Shown here piece after piece: positions 1 through 9,234 of a DNA stretch of 64,000 bases. Under the pieces are notes generated by a model, which saw nothing but the letters and a program-made list of their open reading frames with translations, made no database searches and had not been told where the DNA came from. Made by a program: the position numbers and the translations under genes. The stretch is from Planctomycetales bacterium (GTDB lineage: Bacteria; 4484-113): assembly GCA_037441675.1 (NCBI GenBank), contig JBBIRS010000006.1, forward strand, positions 1 through 64,000. The letters are read 5' to 3'. The number at the start of each line of letters is the position of its first letter. The first letter of the stretch is position 1.

Positions 1-954
1 CAGTATTTTGTGCTGGATAAGACTGGAACCTTAACCAAAGGAAAGCCTGAGGTGGTTAATGTTATTCCACTAAACGGTTTTGATGAGAGGTCAGTTATCC
101 AGATTTCCGCATCCGTGGAAAGAGGAAGTGAACATCCCCTTGGGGAGGCTATTGTTGAATATGCAGAGAAGCTTGATATACCTACCCTTGAGGTGAAAAG
201 CTTTGACTCAATTACGGGAAAGGGAGTAAAGGCAGATGTGAATGGCAGGCAAGCTTATCTGGGTAACGTGAGGCTATTAAGCGAAATTGGAGTTTCAACT
301 GCGGATGCTTCGGAGAAGATGACAGAGCTTCAGGAAAAGGGGCAATCACCCGTGCTTTTAAGCGTTGATGGTCAACTAGCGGGAATTATTTCCATTGCGG
401 ATACACTAAAGGAAAGCACAAAACCAGCAATTCAAGAGCTTCATAAGATGGGCAGAAAAGTCATAATGCTGACTGGAGATAACGAACGGACCGCCAAAGC
501 AATTGCGAGAGAGCTTGGGATTGATGAAGTTCTTGCAGAAGTTCTGCCTCAGGACAAAGCAAACAAGATTAAGGAGCTACAGGCGCAGGGTGGGGTAGTC
601 GCAATGGTTGGAGATGGCATAAACGACGCTCCCGCTCTAGCGCAAGCTCATATCGGAATTGCGATGGGCACTGGAACTGATGTTGCAATGGAGAGCGCGG
701 GTGTTACCCTTATGCGTGGCGACTTGAGAAGTATCCCGCAGGCAATAAAACTTTCTCAGCTCACGATGCGAAAAATCAAGCAGAACCTTTTCTGGGCGTA
801 TATCTACAATTCCCTTGGCATTCCCATCGCTGCAGGCGTTCTTTATCCTTTCTTTGGATGGCTGTTATCGCCTATTATTGCATCCGCTGCTATGGCGATA
901 AGTAGTCTAAGTGTTGTAGGTAATAGTAGACTTCTGCAAAGAGTTAAGCTCTGA
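1..954 (+). CDS. copA: Cu(I)-translocating P1B-type ATPase, 3' part (runs off the window start)
   Basis: DKTGTLT phosphorylation motif, SEHPL, MLTGD, GDGINDAPAL, and TM YN and MxxSS Cu+ ligands. Confidence 0.93.
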   Translation, partial: QYFVLDKTGTLTKGKPEVVNVIPLNGFDERSVIQISASVERGSEHPLGEAIVEYAEKLDIPTLEVKSFDSITGKGVKADVNGRQAYLGNVRLLSEIGVSTADASEKMTELQEKGQSPVLLSVDGQLAGIISIADTLKESTKPAIQELHKMGRKVIMLTGDNERTAKAIARELGIDEVLAEVLPQDKANKIKELQAQGGVVAMVGDGINDAPALAQAHIGIAMGTGTDVAMESAGVTLMRGDLRSIPQAIKLSQLTMRKIKQNLFWAYIYNSLGIPIAAGVLYPFFGWLLSPIIASAAMAISSLSVVGNSRLLQRVKL

Positions 955-1003
955 TAGACAGTCGTCTGTTTTGACAAGTTTTAATTACAAAGGAGGAATT
1001 GGG

Positions 1004-1213
1004 ATGAAACTAAATCTTTCTGCGCTAGCGTTTTCGTGTAGTGTTGCCTTCGGATTGTGCATTTTCATCTTGGGACTTCTCGCCTGTTTTTAGGGCATTG
1101 GCGTGCTAATGGTGGAGATGTTTGGTAGCTTGTAGCGCGGGTATTGCCAAAGTGTTAAAGGCTCGTTTATCGGGGCAATGTAGGCATTCGTGGATGCGTT
1201 TATATTTCTTTAA
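1004..1213 (+). pseudogene. Small 2-TM membrane protein (family often annotated 'bacteriophage holin'), interrupted by three in-frame TAG codons
   Basis: AGGAGG RBS at 991-996; reads MKLNLSALAFSCSVAFGLCIFILGLLACF*GIGVLMVEMFGSL*RGYCQSVKGSFIGAM*AFVDAFIFL; TAG at 1091, 1133 and 1181. Confidence 0.65.
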
Positions 1214-1340
1214 TGTTGACTGAAAGCGGAGGGTATCTTCACAGGTCTTTTTTAATAGCAAGAGTAGGAAAAGCGGGTAGTTTAGACTTTTCTTATGTCC
1301 TGCTATAAGGAGAATAACAATTTTACTTGTTTTGAAGCGC

Positions 1341-2294
1341 TCACTTGGATGAGGAATTTATCAAAGCATCCGAGGCACTTAAAATGATTAAAACAGTGTA
1401 CTTATCACCTACGAATTTCGCAAGTTCTTCATTCCCCAATCGGACTAAATCAGTAACAATACCATTATGATTCAGATGGTTTTTCATTGTGAGGTTAACC
1501 TCATCTTCGGGGGCAAGCACAGGCACGTAAACTCCGAAAGTGCTAATAACGTCTAGGGCGAATCTTCTAAGGGCAGGTAAATCACTTCCTTTAACACCAA
1601 CCACGAGGGTAGAAGAGAGCTGTGCAGGGAATATAACTTCAATTCTTTGTGCCCGTCCGGGTAAAGCTTTTCCGCCTTTATCTTCAGCGACCCTCATCCT
1701 CACGCCATCTAAGATACCAGTATTCACAAGCAGGCTTTCAACCAGACTTTCTGGTACTTTTCCTTCTTGATACTTTGACAGAAGGCGTAAGACAAGGCTT
1801 TCAGCCTTTAACTCTTGGAGGTTGAGAACAAAAAGGGGCCGGGAGAATGATCCGCGTTCAATTGATGGTTCAGATACTTTCCTCCCACCAGTAACCGCTT
1901 GAAAATTCTCGGGATTCGCATTCGTTTCATATGTGGCTATGAAAATCCATCGCTGGAAAACATAGCTCCGATAAGCCTTAATTCCAAATATTACACCTAG
2001 AAGAACAATTACAATAGCGCAAAAAGTTGCTAAGATAGCGGGGACGTTCAAATTTAGTTCTGGTTTAATTTCACCCGCTTTGATTCTGCGCAATAACTCT
2101 TCTCTAAAATCTGAGCTCACCGAGTGAACAGTTGGAAAATGCTTAAGGTAAAAGCGGATTCTCCGTTCGTAATTGTATTCTTTGAGACATCGTTTGCAAT
2201 TTGTCCTATGAGCTTCAAAATCAGCTCGCACGGAATCTGTTAGTTCACCATCTAACGCATCCGAAATTAATTTCTTAAACTGTTGACAATTCAT
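1341..2294 (-). CDS. Membrane-anchored anti-sigma factor with zinc-binding ZAS (zf-HC2) domain
   Basis: MNC...LDGEL...HRTNCKRC (HxxxCxxC), one TM helix, extracytoplasmic C-terminus; directly downstream of the ECF sigma. Confidence 0.88.
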   Translation of the reverse strand: MNCQQFKKLISDALDGELTDSVRADFEAHRTNCKRCLKEYNYERRIRFYLKHFPTVHSVSSDFREELLRRIKAGEIKPELNLNVPAILATFCAIVIVLLGVIFGIKAYRSYVFQRWIFIATYETNANPENFQAVTGGRKVSEPSIERGSFSRPLFVLNLQELKAESLVLRLLSKYQEGKVPESLVESLLVNTGILDGVRMRVAEDKGGKALPGRAQRIEVIFPAQLSSTLVVGVKGSDLPALRRFALDVISTFGVYVPVLAPEDEVNLTMKNHLNHNGIVTDLVRLGNEELAKFVGDKYTVLIILSASDALINSSSK

Positions 2295-2298
2295 ATTT

Positions 2299-2994
2299 TC
2301 AAATGCTCACCCTTTTTCTAATCAATTGTCTAGCACGATTTAACCTGCTTTTTACAGTACCAATGCTCACCCCCACAATCCTTGCTATTTCGCTATAGCT
2401 TAGTCCGTCAACATCCCGCATTAGTATCAGCTCCCTATACTTGGGAGGAAGACTGCGAACAACCGCCATAACCTCGCTTACTATTACTTGATGTTCCATT
2501 GCTTGCATTGGGTCATCAATCTCTTTGATTACCTTGCTAATCGTTTCGAAGGGTTGTGGCTGTTTCCTATCATCATCAACATCAATCCGCAAGGATTGTA
2601 GAAAAAACCTGAAAAAAGAACCTTTGCTTTTACGGTAGGTTCTGATGCAATTAAGAGCGATTCGGTAAAGCCAAGTTTCCAATGAAGCTTCTCCGCGAAA
2701 CTTATGAATGGAACGGAAAACCCTGATAAAAACTTCTTGAGCGAGATCTTCTACCTCGTCCTTTGCCCCTAAATGTTGGTAGATAATATTGAAGATGAAC
2801 TTCTCATATCTATGAACAAATTCATCAAAGGCTTCTAATTCCCCAGCTTTACATCGTGCTAGAAGATCTGGTGTGTCATCCAACCCAAGCGATCGGGTAT
2901 GACTCCTCCTAGTTCTATTGCTATCCGAAGAGGATAATCCCTCATCTTTACGTCTAGATGAGCCATCGGAGGAGGGTAGACCTTCATCCACCAC
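2299..2994 (-). CDS. ECF sigma factor (RpoE/SigW-like)
   Basis: Region 2 EDLAQEVF...FRGEASLETWLYRIALN; region 4 LSYSEIARIVGVSIGTVKSRLNRAR. GTG at 2994 is preferred because it has a GAGGTG RBS and the ATG at 3018 lies inside the predicted promoter. Confidence 0.93.
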   Translation of the reverse strand: MVDEGLPSSDGSSRRKDEGLSSSDSNRTRRSHTRSLGLDDTPDLLARCKAGELEAFDEFVHRYEKFIFNIIYQHLGAKDEVEDLAQEVFIRVFRSIHKFRGEASLETWLYRIALNCIRTYRKSKGSFFRFFLQSLRIDVDDDRKQPQPFETISKVIKEIDDPMQAMEHQVIVSEVMAVVRSLPPKYRELILMRDVDGLSYSEIARIVGVSIGTVKSRLNRARQLIRKRVSI

Positions 2995-3008
2995 TGCCCG
3001 ACACCTCT

Positions 3009-3036
3009 TTAGACTCATTAGAGTTCATTTTGTTCC
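3009..3036 (-). promoter_or_regulatory. Putative autoregulatory ECF (sigmaE-type) promoter
   Basis: Minus strand GGAACAA-N16-TCTAA, matching the RpoE/AlgU-type GAAC-N16-TCTnA layout, just upstream of the ECF gene. Confidence 0.7.
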
Positions 3037-3228
3037 AAATCTAACTAGAATTATAACCGATAACCAACAAGGTTTCACAATAAAAGGATTTGCCACCCCA
3101 AGATAGCTCCAAAGCCGTTTTTTGAATAAAGAGGCATTGGAAGAATTTCTTTGTCATTTCGTAATATTTTTTAGAAACGTTATACTGAGTATAAGTATTA
3201 CACTCACCGTAAAACTTAAAATAGACTA

Positions 3229-3268
3229 TTTACATTAGCTAGAAATAGTGTATAATTATAATTATAAT
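3229..3268 (+). promoter_or_regulatory. Sigma70 promoter for the rpsP operon
   Basis: TTTACA-N16-TATAAT; TATAAT is present three times in tandem at 3251-3268. Confidence 0.55.
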
Positions 3269-3330
3269 TTGCGTGGAGGAAGGATACCTTTCTTGGGATT
3301 CCTTACCATCAGCGAAGAATGGAACTAATT

Positions 3331-3696
3331 ATGGCATTACGTATAAGGTTAATGCGATTTGGGAAAAAGCACCAAAGCTCCTTTAGGGTAATTGTAAAGG
3401 AGCAGAGATCTCCGCGTCAGGGCGAATATCTAGAACAGCTAGGTATTTACAATCCAAAAACTGATCCTGAAACGGTGCAATTAAACGAAACTCGTATCGC
3501 CCACTGGCTATCGGTTGGTGCAAAGCCAACGGAAACGGTGGAGCGATTAATTAAAAAGTATACAAAGGTTCTAACAGATGATGGCGGGGCAAAGGGGACA
3601 AAGCCCACGTCCAGTTCCGGTAGGGTAGCCAAAGCATTGGCGGATGCCGGTAATAAAGCGTCCCAGAATACACCACAATTCCAGGAGGTATCGTAG
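3331..3696 (+). CDS. rpsP: 30S ribosomal protein S16 with C-terminal extension
   Basis: MALRIRLMRFGKK...SPRQGEYLEQLGIYNP...WLSVGAKPTETV. Confidence 0.96.
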   Translation: MALRIRLMRFGKKHQSSFRVIVKEQRSPRQGEYLEQLGIYNPKTDPETVQLNETRIAHWLSVGAKPTETVERLIKKYTKVLTDDGGAKGTKPTSSSGRVAKALADAGNKASQNTPQFQEVS

Positions 3697-3698
3697 TA

Positions 3699-3932
3699 GT
3701 GATGACAGAGTTGGTAAAGGATATTGTTAAAGCCATTGTGGATAACCCTAATGCGGTTGAGGTCAAAGAAGTGGAAGGAGAGCGTGCGGCGATTATTGAA
3801 ATTAAGGTTGCACCGGATGACGTTGGAAAGGTTATTGGTCGCGAGGGTCGCATCATTAATTCCCTCAGGCAGATAGTCCGTGCCGCCGCCGGTAAGGAAA
3901 GTAAGCGCATCACAGTTGAGCTTATTTCCTAA
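3699..3932 (+). CDS. khpA: KH-domain RNA-binding protein KhpA
   Basis: DDVGKVIGREGRII; conserved position between rpsP and rimM. Confidence 0.93.
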   Translation: MMTELVKDIVKAIVDNPNAVEVKEVEGERAAIIEIKVAPDDVGKVIGREGRIINSLRQIVRAAAGKESKRITVELIS

Positions 3933-3950
3933 GCTCCCGACCGCCGGAAA

Positions 3951-4466
3951 GTGACCAACTACGTAGTCGTGGGATATGTGGCTAAACCCCACGGAGGTTT
4001 AGGCTCATTCAATTTTATCTACTCCACCAGCTTCCCAGAAAGACTCAAACTCAGAAAAATGTTCATTCTTGTTGACCCTAAATCCCACGAGATGCTTTTA
4101 CTCACCAGGCGTTTTCTTAAATTACTTCCCGGCGGTTTCTTAATGAGCTTTCATGAGATTACCACAAGAGAGCAGGCAAAAAGATTTATCGGATGGGAAC
4201 TAGCCTCTCCAGTTTCACAAATTGAACCTCTTTCCTCACCTGGTGAATATTACTATTTTCAACTATTTGGACTTACAGCAGTTAACGCTGAGAGTGGTGA
4301 AGTAGTAGGTAGAGTTGTCAACATAGTTCCCCACTTGCTTTATGAATTGTTAGACGTTGAACTGCTAAACGGGGAGAGAAGATTTTTCCCCTTCATTGAA
4401 AGAGTGGTGCGGAAAGTAGACTTGAAAGAGAAGAAAATAGAGCTTGTGGTAGAAGAGCGTTGGTAG
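3951..4466 (+). CDS. rimM: Ribosome maturation factor RimM
   Basis: VVGYVAKPHG, TREQA, GEYYYFQLFGL, PFI..VV.KVDL; synteny. Confidence 0.88.
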   Translation: MTNYVVVGYVAKPHGGLGSFNFIYSTSFPERLKLRKMFILVDPKSHEMLLLTRRFLKLLPGGFLMSFHEITTREQAKRFIGWELASPVSQIEPLSSPGEYYYFQLFGLTAVNAESGEVVGRVVNIVPHLLYELLDVELLNGERRFFPFIERVVRKVDLKEKKIELVVEERW

Positions 4467-4520
4467 AACAAACTCTTTACGCTTAAGGACTATGAAATAA
4501 AGTGTTTCTCTACTTCTCCA

Positions 4521-5771
4521 TTACTCCTTCGTTTTCCGCTTTACCCAGGGCAAGCTATTCCAAAAATCTGTAAATAGGCGATAAGCTTCATCAATAAAAG
4601 AAAGTGGATACGCTTGAATTTCTCTATGTATAAGCCTAGCGAAACTAGCGATACCAAGAGCGCTTGCATATTGTGGAGCGCGGAATTCGTCAAACAGGTG
4701 GGAAAAACCGATGGGGAGGCCAATTCGGACAGCTCGTTTAAGATGATGTTGGAAAAAGGGAACAATCTCCCTCATATGACAACCCCCACCCACAAGAATT
4801 ATTCCGCCAGGAATACTAGAAAGATAGCCACTCTCAGTTAGACGCTTATTGATAAGCTGAGCCCATTCCTCAAGTCTAGGGACTACCACATCTATAAGCT
4901 TTTGCTTTTTCATTTTGGAATACTTGCGCTGTCCAAAAAGTTTTACATCTATAAGCTCGTCCATCTCCTGTTGCTCAGGCTTAACCCAAGCTTTAACAAA
5001 TGCCTTTTTGATTCTTTGCGCTTCCTCTAGCCCTACGCCCAGTCCATGCATAATATCCGTATCTAGATTAGCGCCACCAATGGTTAGAATACTCATATAA
5101 ATTCCAGCACCATCTCTAAAGACAGCAATGTTAGTCGTCCCGTGTCCTAAATCCAGAAGAATACTGCCTGTTTCTAGCTCCTCCTCGGTTGATACCGCAT
5201 GGCCAGCACATAAGGCGGATGGAATTACCCCAATCACTTCTAATCCCACCCTCTCAACTGCTCGGCGATAATTGTTAACAAGCCAGGTAGGACCTATAAC
5301 GTCCTGCGCGGTTAAGGATAGTTTAGTGCCATACATTCCGACTGGATTCCGCACACCGCTCATTTCATTCACTGTAAAATACTGGATTACGCGATTAAAT
5401 CTCTCGTAACCTTCTTCTATAGTTTCAGAATTAACGGAAGCTAGCAATTTTTCAACATCATCGTGGGTAAGTTCTCTTGGCTCTTTACCTAGATCTATTT
5501 CCCCTACAACTGACTTAAAGAAAATCTCTTTACTGACAACGCTTAGATAAACTTTCTCAACGCTTACGCCGGAGGAATAGACCGCCCCAGAAAAACTTGC
5601 GTCAATTTCCTGAGAACAGGTGTTTATATCCCTCACCATTCCTTTAACTATGCTCTTTGTGGGGACAGCATTTATACCTTTGATGATGATATCGTCCTCC
5701 GTGAATTCTGCGATTATGCTCGTAATCTTGGAGGAACCAATATCAATTCCAGCAACAATGTTATGTGACAC
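4521..5771 (-). CDS. ftsA: Cell division protein FtsA
   Basis: GIDIGSSKI, NPVGMYG, DLGHGTTNIAVF, GIILVGGG, VRIGLP, and a C-terminal amphipathic helix. Confidence 0.92.
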   Translation of the reverse strand: MSHNIVAGIDIGSSKITSIIAEFTEDDIIIKGINAVPTKSIVKGMVRDINTCSQEIDASFSGAVYSSGVSVEKVYLSVVSKEIFFKSVVGEIDLGKEPRELTHDDVEKLLASVNSETIEEGYERFNRVIQYFTVNEMSGVRNPVGMYGTKLSLTAQDVIGPTWLVNNYRRAVERVGLEVIGVIPSALCAGHAVSTEEELETGSILLDLGHGTTNIAVFRDGAGIYMSILTIGGANLDTDIMHGLGVGLEEAQRIKKAFVKAWVKPEQQEMDELIDVKLFGQRKYSKMKKQKLIDVVVPRLEEWAQLINKRLTESGYLSSIPGGIILVGGGCHMREIVPFFQHHLKRAVRIGLPIGFSHLFDEFRAPQYASALGIASFARLIHREIQAYPLSFIDEAYRLFTDFWNSLPWVKRKTKE

Positions 5772-5774
5772 TCT

Positions 5775-6146
5775 TTACACCATCCTGCTAATCAACGTAA
5801 TTTCCCTAATTACGAGTGGAACTATCACCGTAAGCTCCGCTCTCAAACCTGATATCAAGGTTACTATAAAAAGACTTCCCACTAGGAGGAAGAGAAGTCC
5901 GAAATGAATTAAACCGTAAAACTTCTTGCCTTCTCTTACTGCAAGAATGTTGGACAGATGAACATCTAAAAAAACTAATGCGAGTGTGATTAAAAGAAGG
6001 GGATGTGGAAGCCAATCCTGTGGTGAATAAATGCCTACCAGTAGTCCTACACCAAAAAGAATTAACGCAGAAAAAACAATAGCTACTTTAGAAGGCTGAG
6101 ATTTCGAATCAATCATTTCACCTAACATCCTTGCATTTATCTTCAA
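5775..6146 (-). CDS. Small basic membrane protein, Sbp/DUF1290-like (divergent; start uncertain)
   Basis: GLLVG..P...LD.....I.A..EGK pattern; lies between DUF881 and ftsA as in Bacillus ylxW-ylxX-sbp-ftsA. Confidence 0.6.
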   Translation of the reverse strand: MKINARMLGEMIDSKSQPSKVAIVFSALILFGVGLLVGIYSPQDWLPHPLLLITLALVFLDVHLSNILAVREGKKFYGLIHFGLLFLLVGSLFIVTLISGLRAELTVIVPLVIREITLISRMV

Positions 6147-6153
6147 AAATATT

Positions 6154-6918
6154 TTATTTTTCTAGTGAATTATAAAAATCCACTCCCTTTTCATTCTCCT
6201 CTTCCGCGAACTCTGCAAAGTTAAACTTTATAGGCAAGGAATAACCCGCTATGCGCAGTTTCTCTTTCTTAATCACCGTTACAAGCAATCCGTATCGCTT
6301 CAGCTGTTCAACAATACCGCCTCGCATTGTTAACGCATCAAAAAGTATCTGTGGATCACCAATGGCTTTAATCATAAAGGGGGCGGTCAGTTTCTGATTG
6401 TTAACGATAATTGTTGGACCTGTACAGCGAACGAAAGAGGTTGAAAGCACTCTTTCCTCAAGGTTCCCGCTGGTGATGGAAATAGCTTCTGCTCCGCCAG
6501 CTTTTAGCTCGTTTAATAAATAAAGAATATCGTAATCGTGAACCAGGCCCTCTTCAATTATTCCAAACTCAGATAATTGATTCTTTTCGGAAGTATCAGC
6601 AAGCCTAACCTCCACGCCCGAACCTTCCACGGGGAGTAATCCCCCCAACATTTTAGCGTTAAAAAGCTCCTCCTTGACTCTCTCCTGTCCAATTTGTCCT
6701 GTCATTAATTCCCGGACTAGGTTTTCATTGTCTGCACGAAGTCTTTGTATTTCTTCTTTAAGGCGTTGAATTTCTTCAGCCTGTCCGCCAAGTGTTATAG
6801 AGTTAATCTTAAACGAACCAGCAATACGGTAATTCTCCGCTAATGCTTTACCAACAATTCCAGCGAGGACTCCACTGATAAGCCATAAAAAAGCAAATGA
6901 GACATTGTTGAACCTCAT
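6154..6918 (-). CDS. DUF881 (YlxW/YlxX-like) division-cluster protein
   Basis: TM plus coiled coil, VEGSGVEVRLAD, VHDYDI..LLNELKAGGAEAISI, APFMIKAIGDP. Confidence 0.9.
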   Translation of the reverse strand: MRFNNVSFAFLWLISGVLAGIVGKALAENYRIAGSFKINSITLGGQAEEIQRLKEEIQRLRADNENLVRELMTGQIGQERVKEELFNAKMLGGLLPVEGSGVEVRLADTSEKNQLSEFGIIEEGLVHDYDILYLLNELKAGGAEAISITSGNLEERVLSTSFVRCTGPTIIVNNQKLTAPFMIKAIGDPQILFDALTMRGGIVEQLKRYGLLVTVIKKEKLRIAGYSLPIKFNFAEFAEEENEKGVDFYNSLEK

Positions 6919-7160
6919 TATTTTCAAGTTTATTTTACGACACCTGCCAAAATACTGCACAAATTTGAACAATTCACCATATTCAAGAAGTTTTTCCGAG
7001 TTATATAAATTCTTGCAGAAGGCTTCGAGGGCTAAGGGATGCTTGTTAATTGGATAATGTCAATTAAAAATATCATATAAACGATAACCTACCTTGCAAC
7101 TACAGAAATGATAGTACCCAGAGTTGAATCAAGATTTCAGATTTCGTACTTAAACAATAA

Positions 7161-8297
7161 CTACTCTTCAATTCTTTCAATGTTGGCGCGGGGAACGATA
7201 GCGGAAGTGCCATGCTCGAATTGAACCTCAAGGACGCGAACTTTGCTTCCGCTTTCCACAACCTCAAGACCGGGAATTAGTCTTTTCACCGTCCCTAGCA
7301 TTCCAAAATAAGGTTCTCGGATGACGCGTACGGGATCACCTTCCGCTACCGCCTGGGCTGATACATTTTCCACCTCGCGGGCACCTTCCCATTCTTCTTC
7401 TGGATAAGGGATAATAATTTCAGGCCTGATAACACCCGCTCTTATCTGTGTAGCACCACTTATGGAAGCCCTCATGCCACTTCGCTCTTTAAGCAAATTA
7501 AACGTCCTTTCCGCTACTGGTATCTCACCAAAGCCTTCCGTAAGAATGAGAGTTAATCCAATTTTCTCTGCACCGGTTATGGCTACACCGAGGTCATAGC
7601 CGAGGATCTCTTTAAGATCCTTATCGTGAAAACCTCCAACTATTACACCCTTGACCCCTACTTCTCTTGCACGCTCAAAGGAGTTGCGTGAAAGGTGCTT
7701 TCCTGCAAGAAGAATTTTCCCACTGTGGCTCTCTTTAATCATCTCAGGTGTAAGAATGTCATGAGGCGTCTTTACAACCACTTCAAGCTCTCCCCAAGCT
7801 TCACCTCCTACGCCAAAAATTCCCTGAACGAATGTAGCGACTGTTTCAACAACGGCACCTTCATCAGGCATAACTTTAATAACCCTACCATCAATGTATG
7901 CGTGTATTTGCACAGGTTGTGGAGGTTCTCGTAAAACTACCTGACCGGTTATCTCGCTAATGCTTTCAACAACACCATCTATGGGGGCTTTTACCTGGGT
8001 TTTGAGAAATGATAGACCAAGGATAGGTTTATTCTCAGCGATAGGTTCACCTTTCTTGAAGGTATCGCCTTCCTTCTTGAGCATATACTCACGTATCTCT
8101 TCCGGCTCAATACCAAGCTGGTTTATGACGTTTAGGACGGTGACTGGACCGGGAAGTTCCGATTTAGCAATAACATCCTCAGCACGAACTGCGTCACCAA
8201 CTTTTACGAGGAGTTCGCCCTTGAGCGGAAGGACACGTTCCCTCGTTAAACGAGATTTCCTCGCTACTCTAAGTCCTGGTGTATATGCGTGAGCCAA
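7161..8297 (-). CDS. Conserved hypothetical protein, partner of the GlmL-like ATPase
   Basis: Two barrel-sandwich-like motifs (VKVGDAV, KAPIDGVV), GATQIRAGVIRPEIIIP, KOW-like C-terminus; AAGGAG RBS. Confidence 0.7.
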   Translation of the reverse strand: MAHAYTPGLRVARKSRLTRERVLPLKGELLVKVGDAVRAEDVIAKSELPGPVTVLNVINQLGIEPEEIREYMLKKEGDTFKKGEPIAENKPILGLSFLKTQVKAPIDGVVESISEITGQVVLREPPQPVQIHAYIDGRVIKVMPDEGAVVETVATFVQGIFGVGGEAWGELEVVVKTPHDILTPEMIKESHSGKILLAGKHLSRNSFERAREVGVKGVIVGGFHDKDLKEILGYDLGVAITGAEKIGLTLILTEGFGEIPVAERTFNLLKERSGMRASISGATQIRAGVIRPEIIIPYPEEEWEGAREVENVSAQAVAEGDPVRVIREPYFGMLGTVKRLIPGLEVVESGSKVRVLEVQFEHGTSAIVPRANIERIEE

Positions 8298-8309
8298 TGA
8301 ATTTCTCCT

Positions 8310-9218
8310 TTAAGTTGTAGAGTTGTTACCACGTTGAGATGTGTCTTCTTGTTTTGCTTCACTCTCAGTTGCTTCCTCTTCCGTTTCAGGAATTGGTAGA
8401 GGTTCGGTTGCGGGAATGGTTGACTGCTGTTCAGGTTCAAAATGGTAGGTTGTTTCAGAAACTACATTTCCCTTAGCAGTAGCCAAAGCAGATTGTTCAT
8501 CACTAGGGAAAAGCGCAAAGTAGAGTACCCAACTAGCCAAAATGAAATAAGGCGTAACTAGTAGAACCTGCGCAAGTGAACCAATGATCGATAGAACTGC
8601 AAGAATCATACTTAAGCCTAGTTGAGCAATAATGAGCAACACCAAAATGCCCGTTACCGACCAGAAGTCTTTCTTTACCCTTTTCCAAGAAGTACCCATC
8701 GCAGTCGTAAAATCCATGTTCTTATCAATTATCAGAAATAAAGCTTGAGAGTAAAGAATTGCAAAGACAAGACCAGGGATGATAAATAGTAATAAACCAA
8801 AAAGGACTATAAAACCAACAACAATGGATAGGAGTATGATGTGCAGTATTTTAGAAAACTGGCTAAACATATCGGAGAAGGTCAACCTTTGGGAGAGAAG
8901 AATATTTCTAAAAATGTATAAATATCCTGCTGCCCAGCCTGGAAGAATAACTGTTACCGCGAAGATAAGAAGGGTCAATCCAAGAATGAGACCAATAAGG
9001 GAGTTCCTAGCGAATTCCTCAAAACTTCTCTGTGATATCACTGAGAGAAAGGTAGATGTCCCGATGGCAAGCATTAAGACAACAATGAGTGGAACAACTA
9101 TTACAATCACACCGAGCATATAAAGAAAAGAGTAAAGAATAATGTCGCCGATTGCGGATTTCCACCTTTCCCAAGCACTCACAAATACCATTTCTACATC
9201 AAGGTTGAACATTATCAA
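8310..9218 (-). CDS. Integral membrane protein (about 5 TM) with acidic C-terminal tail
   Basis: Hydrophobic helices, LFIIPG...YSQA.FLIID...AM..SW motif; tightly spaced within the operon. Confidence 0.7.
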   Translation of the reverse strand: MIMFNLDVEMVFVSAWERWKSAIGDIILYSFLYMLGVIVIVVPLIVVLMLAIGTSTFLSVISQRSFEEFARNSLIGLILGLTLLIFAVTVILPGWAAGYLYIFRNILLSQRLTFSDMFSQFSKILHIILLSIVVGFIVLFGLLLFIIPGLVFAILYSQALFLIIDKNMDFTTAMGTSWKRVKKDFWSVTGILVLLIIAQLGLSMILAVLSIIGSLAQVLLVTPYFILASWVLYFALFPSDEQSALATAKGNVVSETTYHFEPEQQSTIPATEPLPIPETEEEATESEAKQEDTSQRGNNSTT

Positions 9219-9234
9219 ATCCTAATAACAGAGA

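Noticed and set aside
3447..3992. 181-aa minus-strand ORF, and the many other short antisense ORFs in the track
   Set aside because: They lie opposite well-supported genes and show no motifs or RBS.
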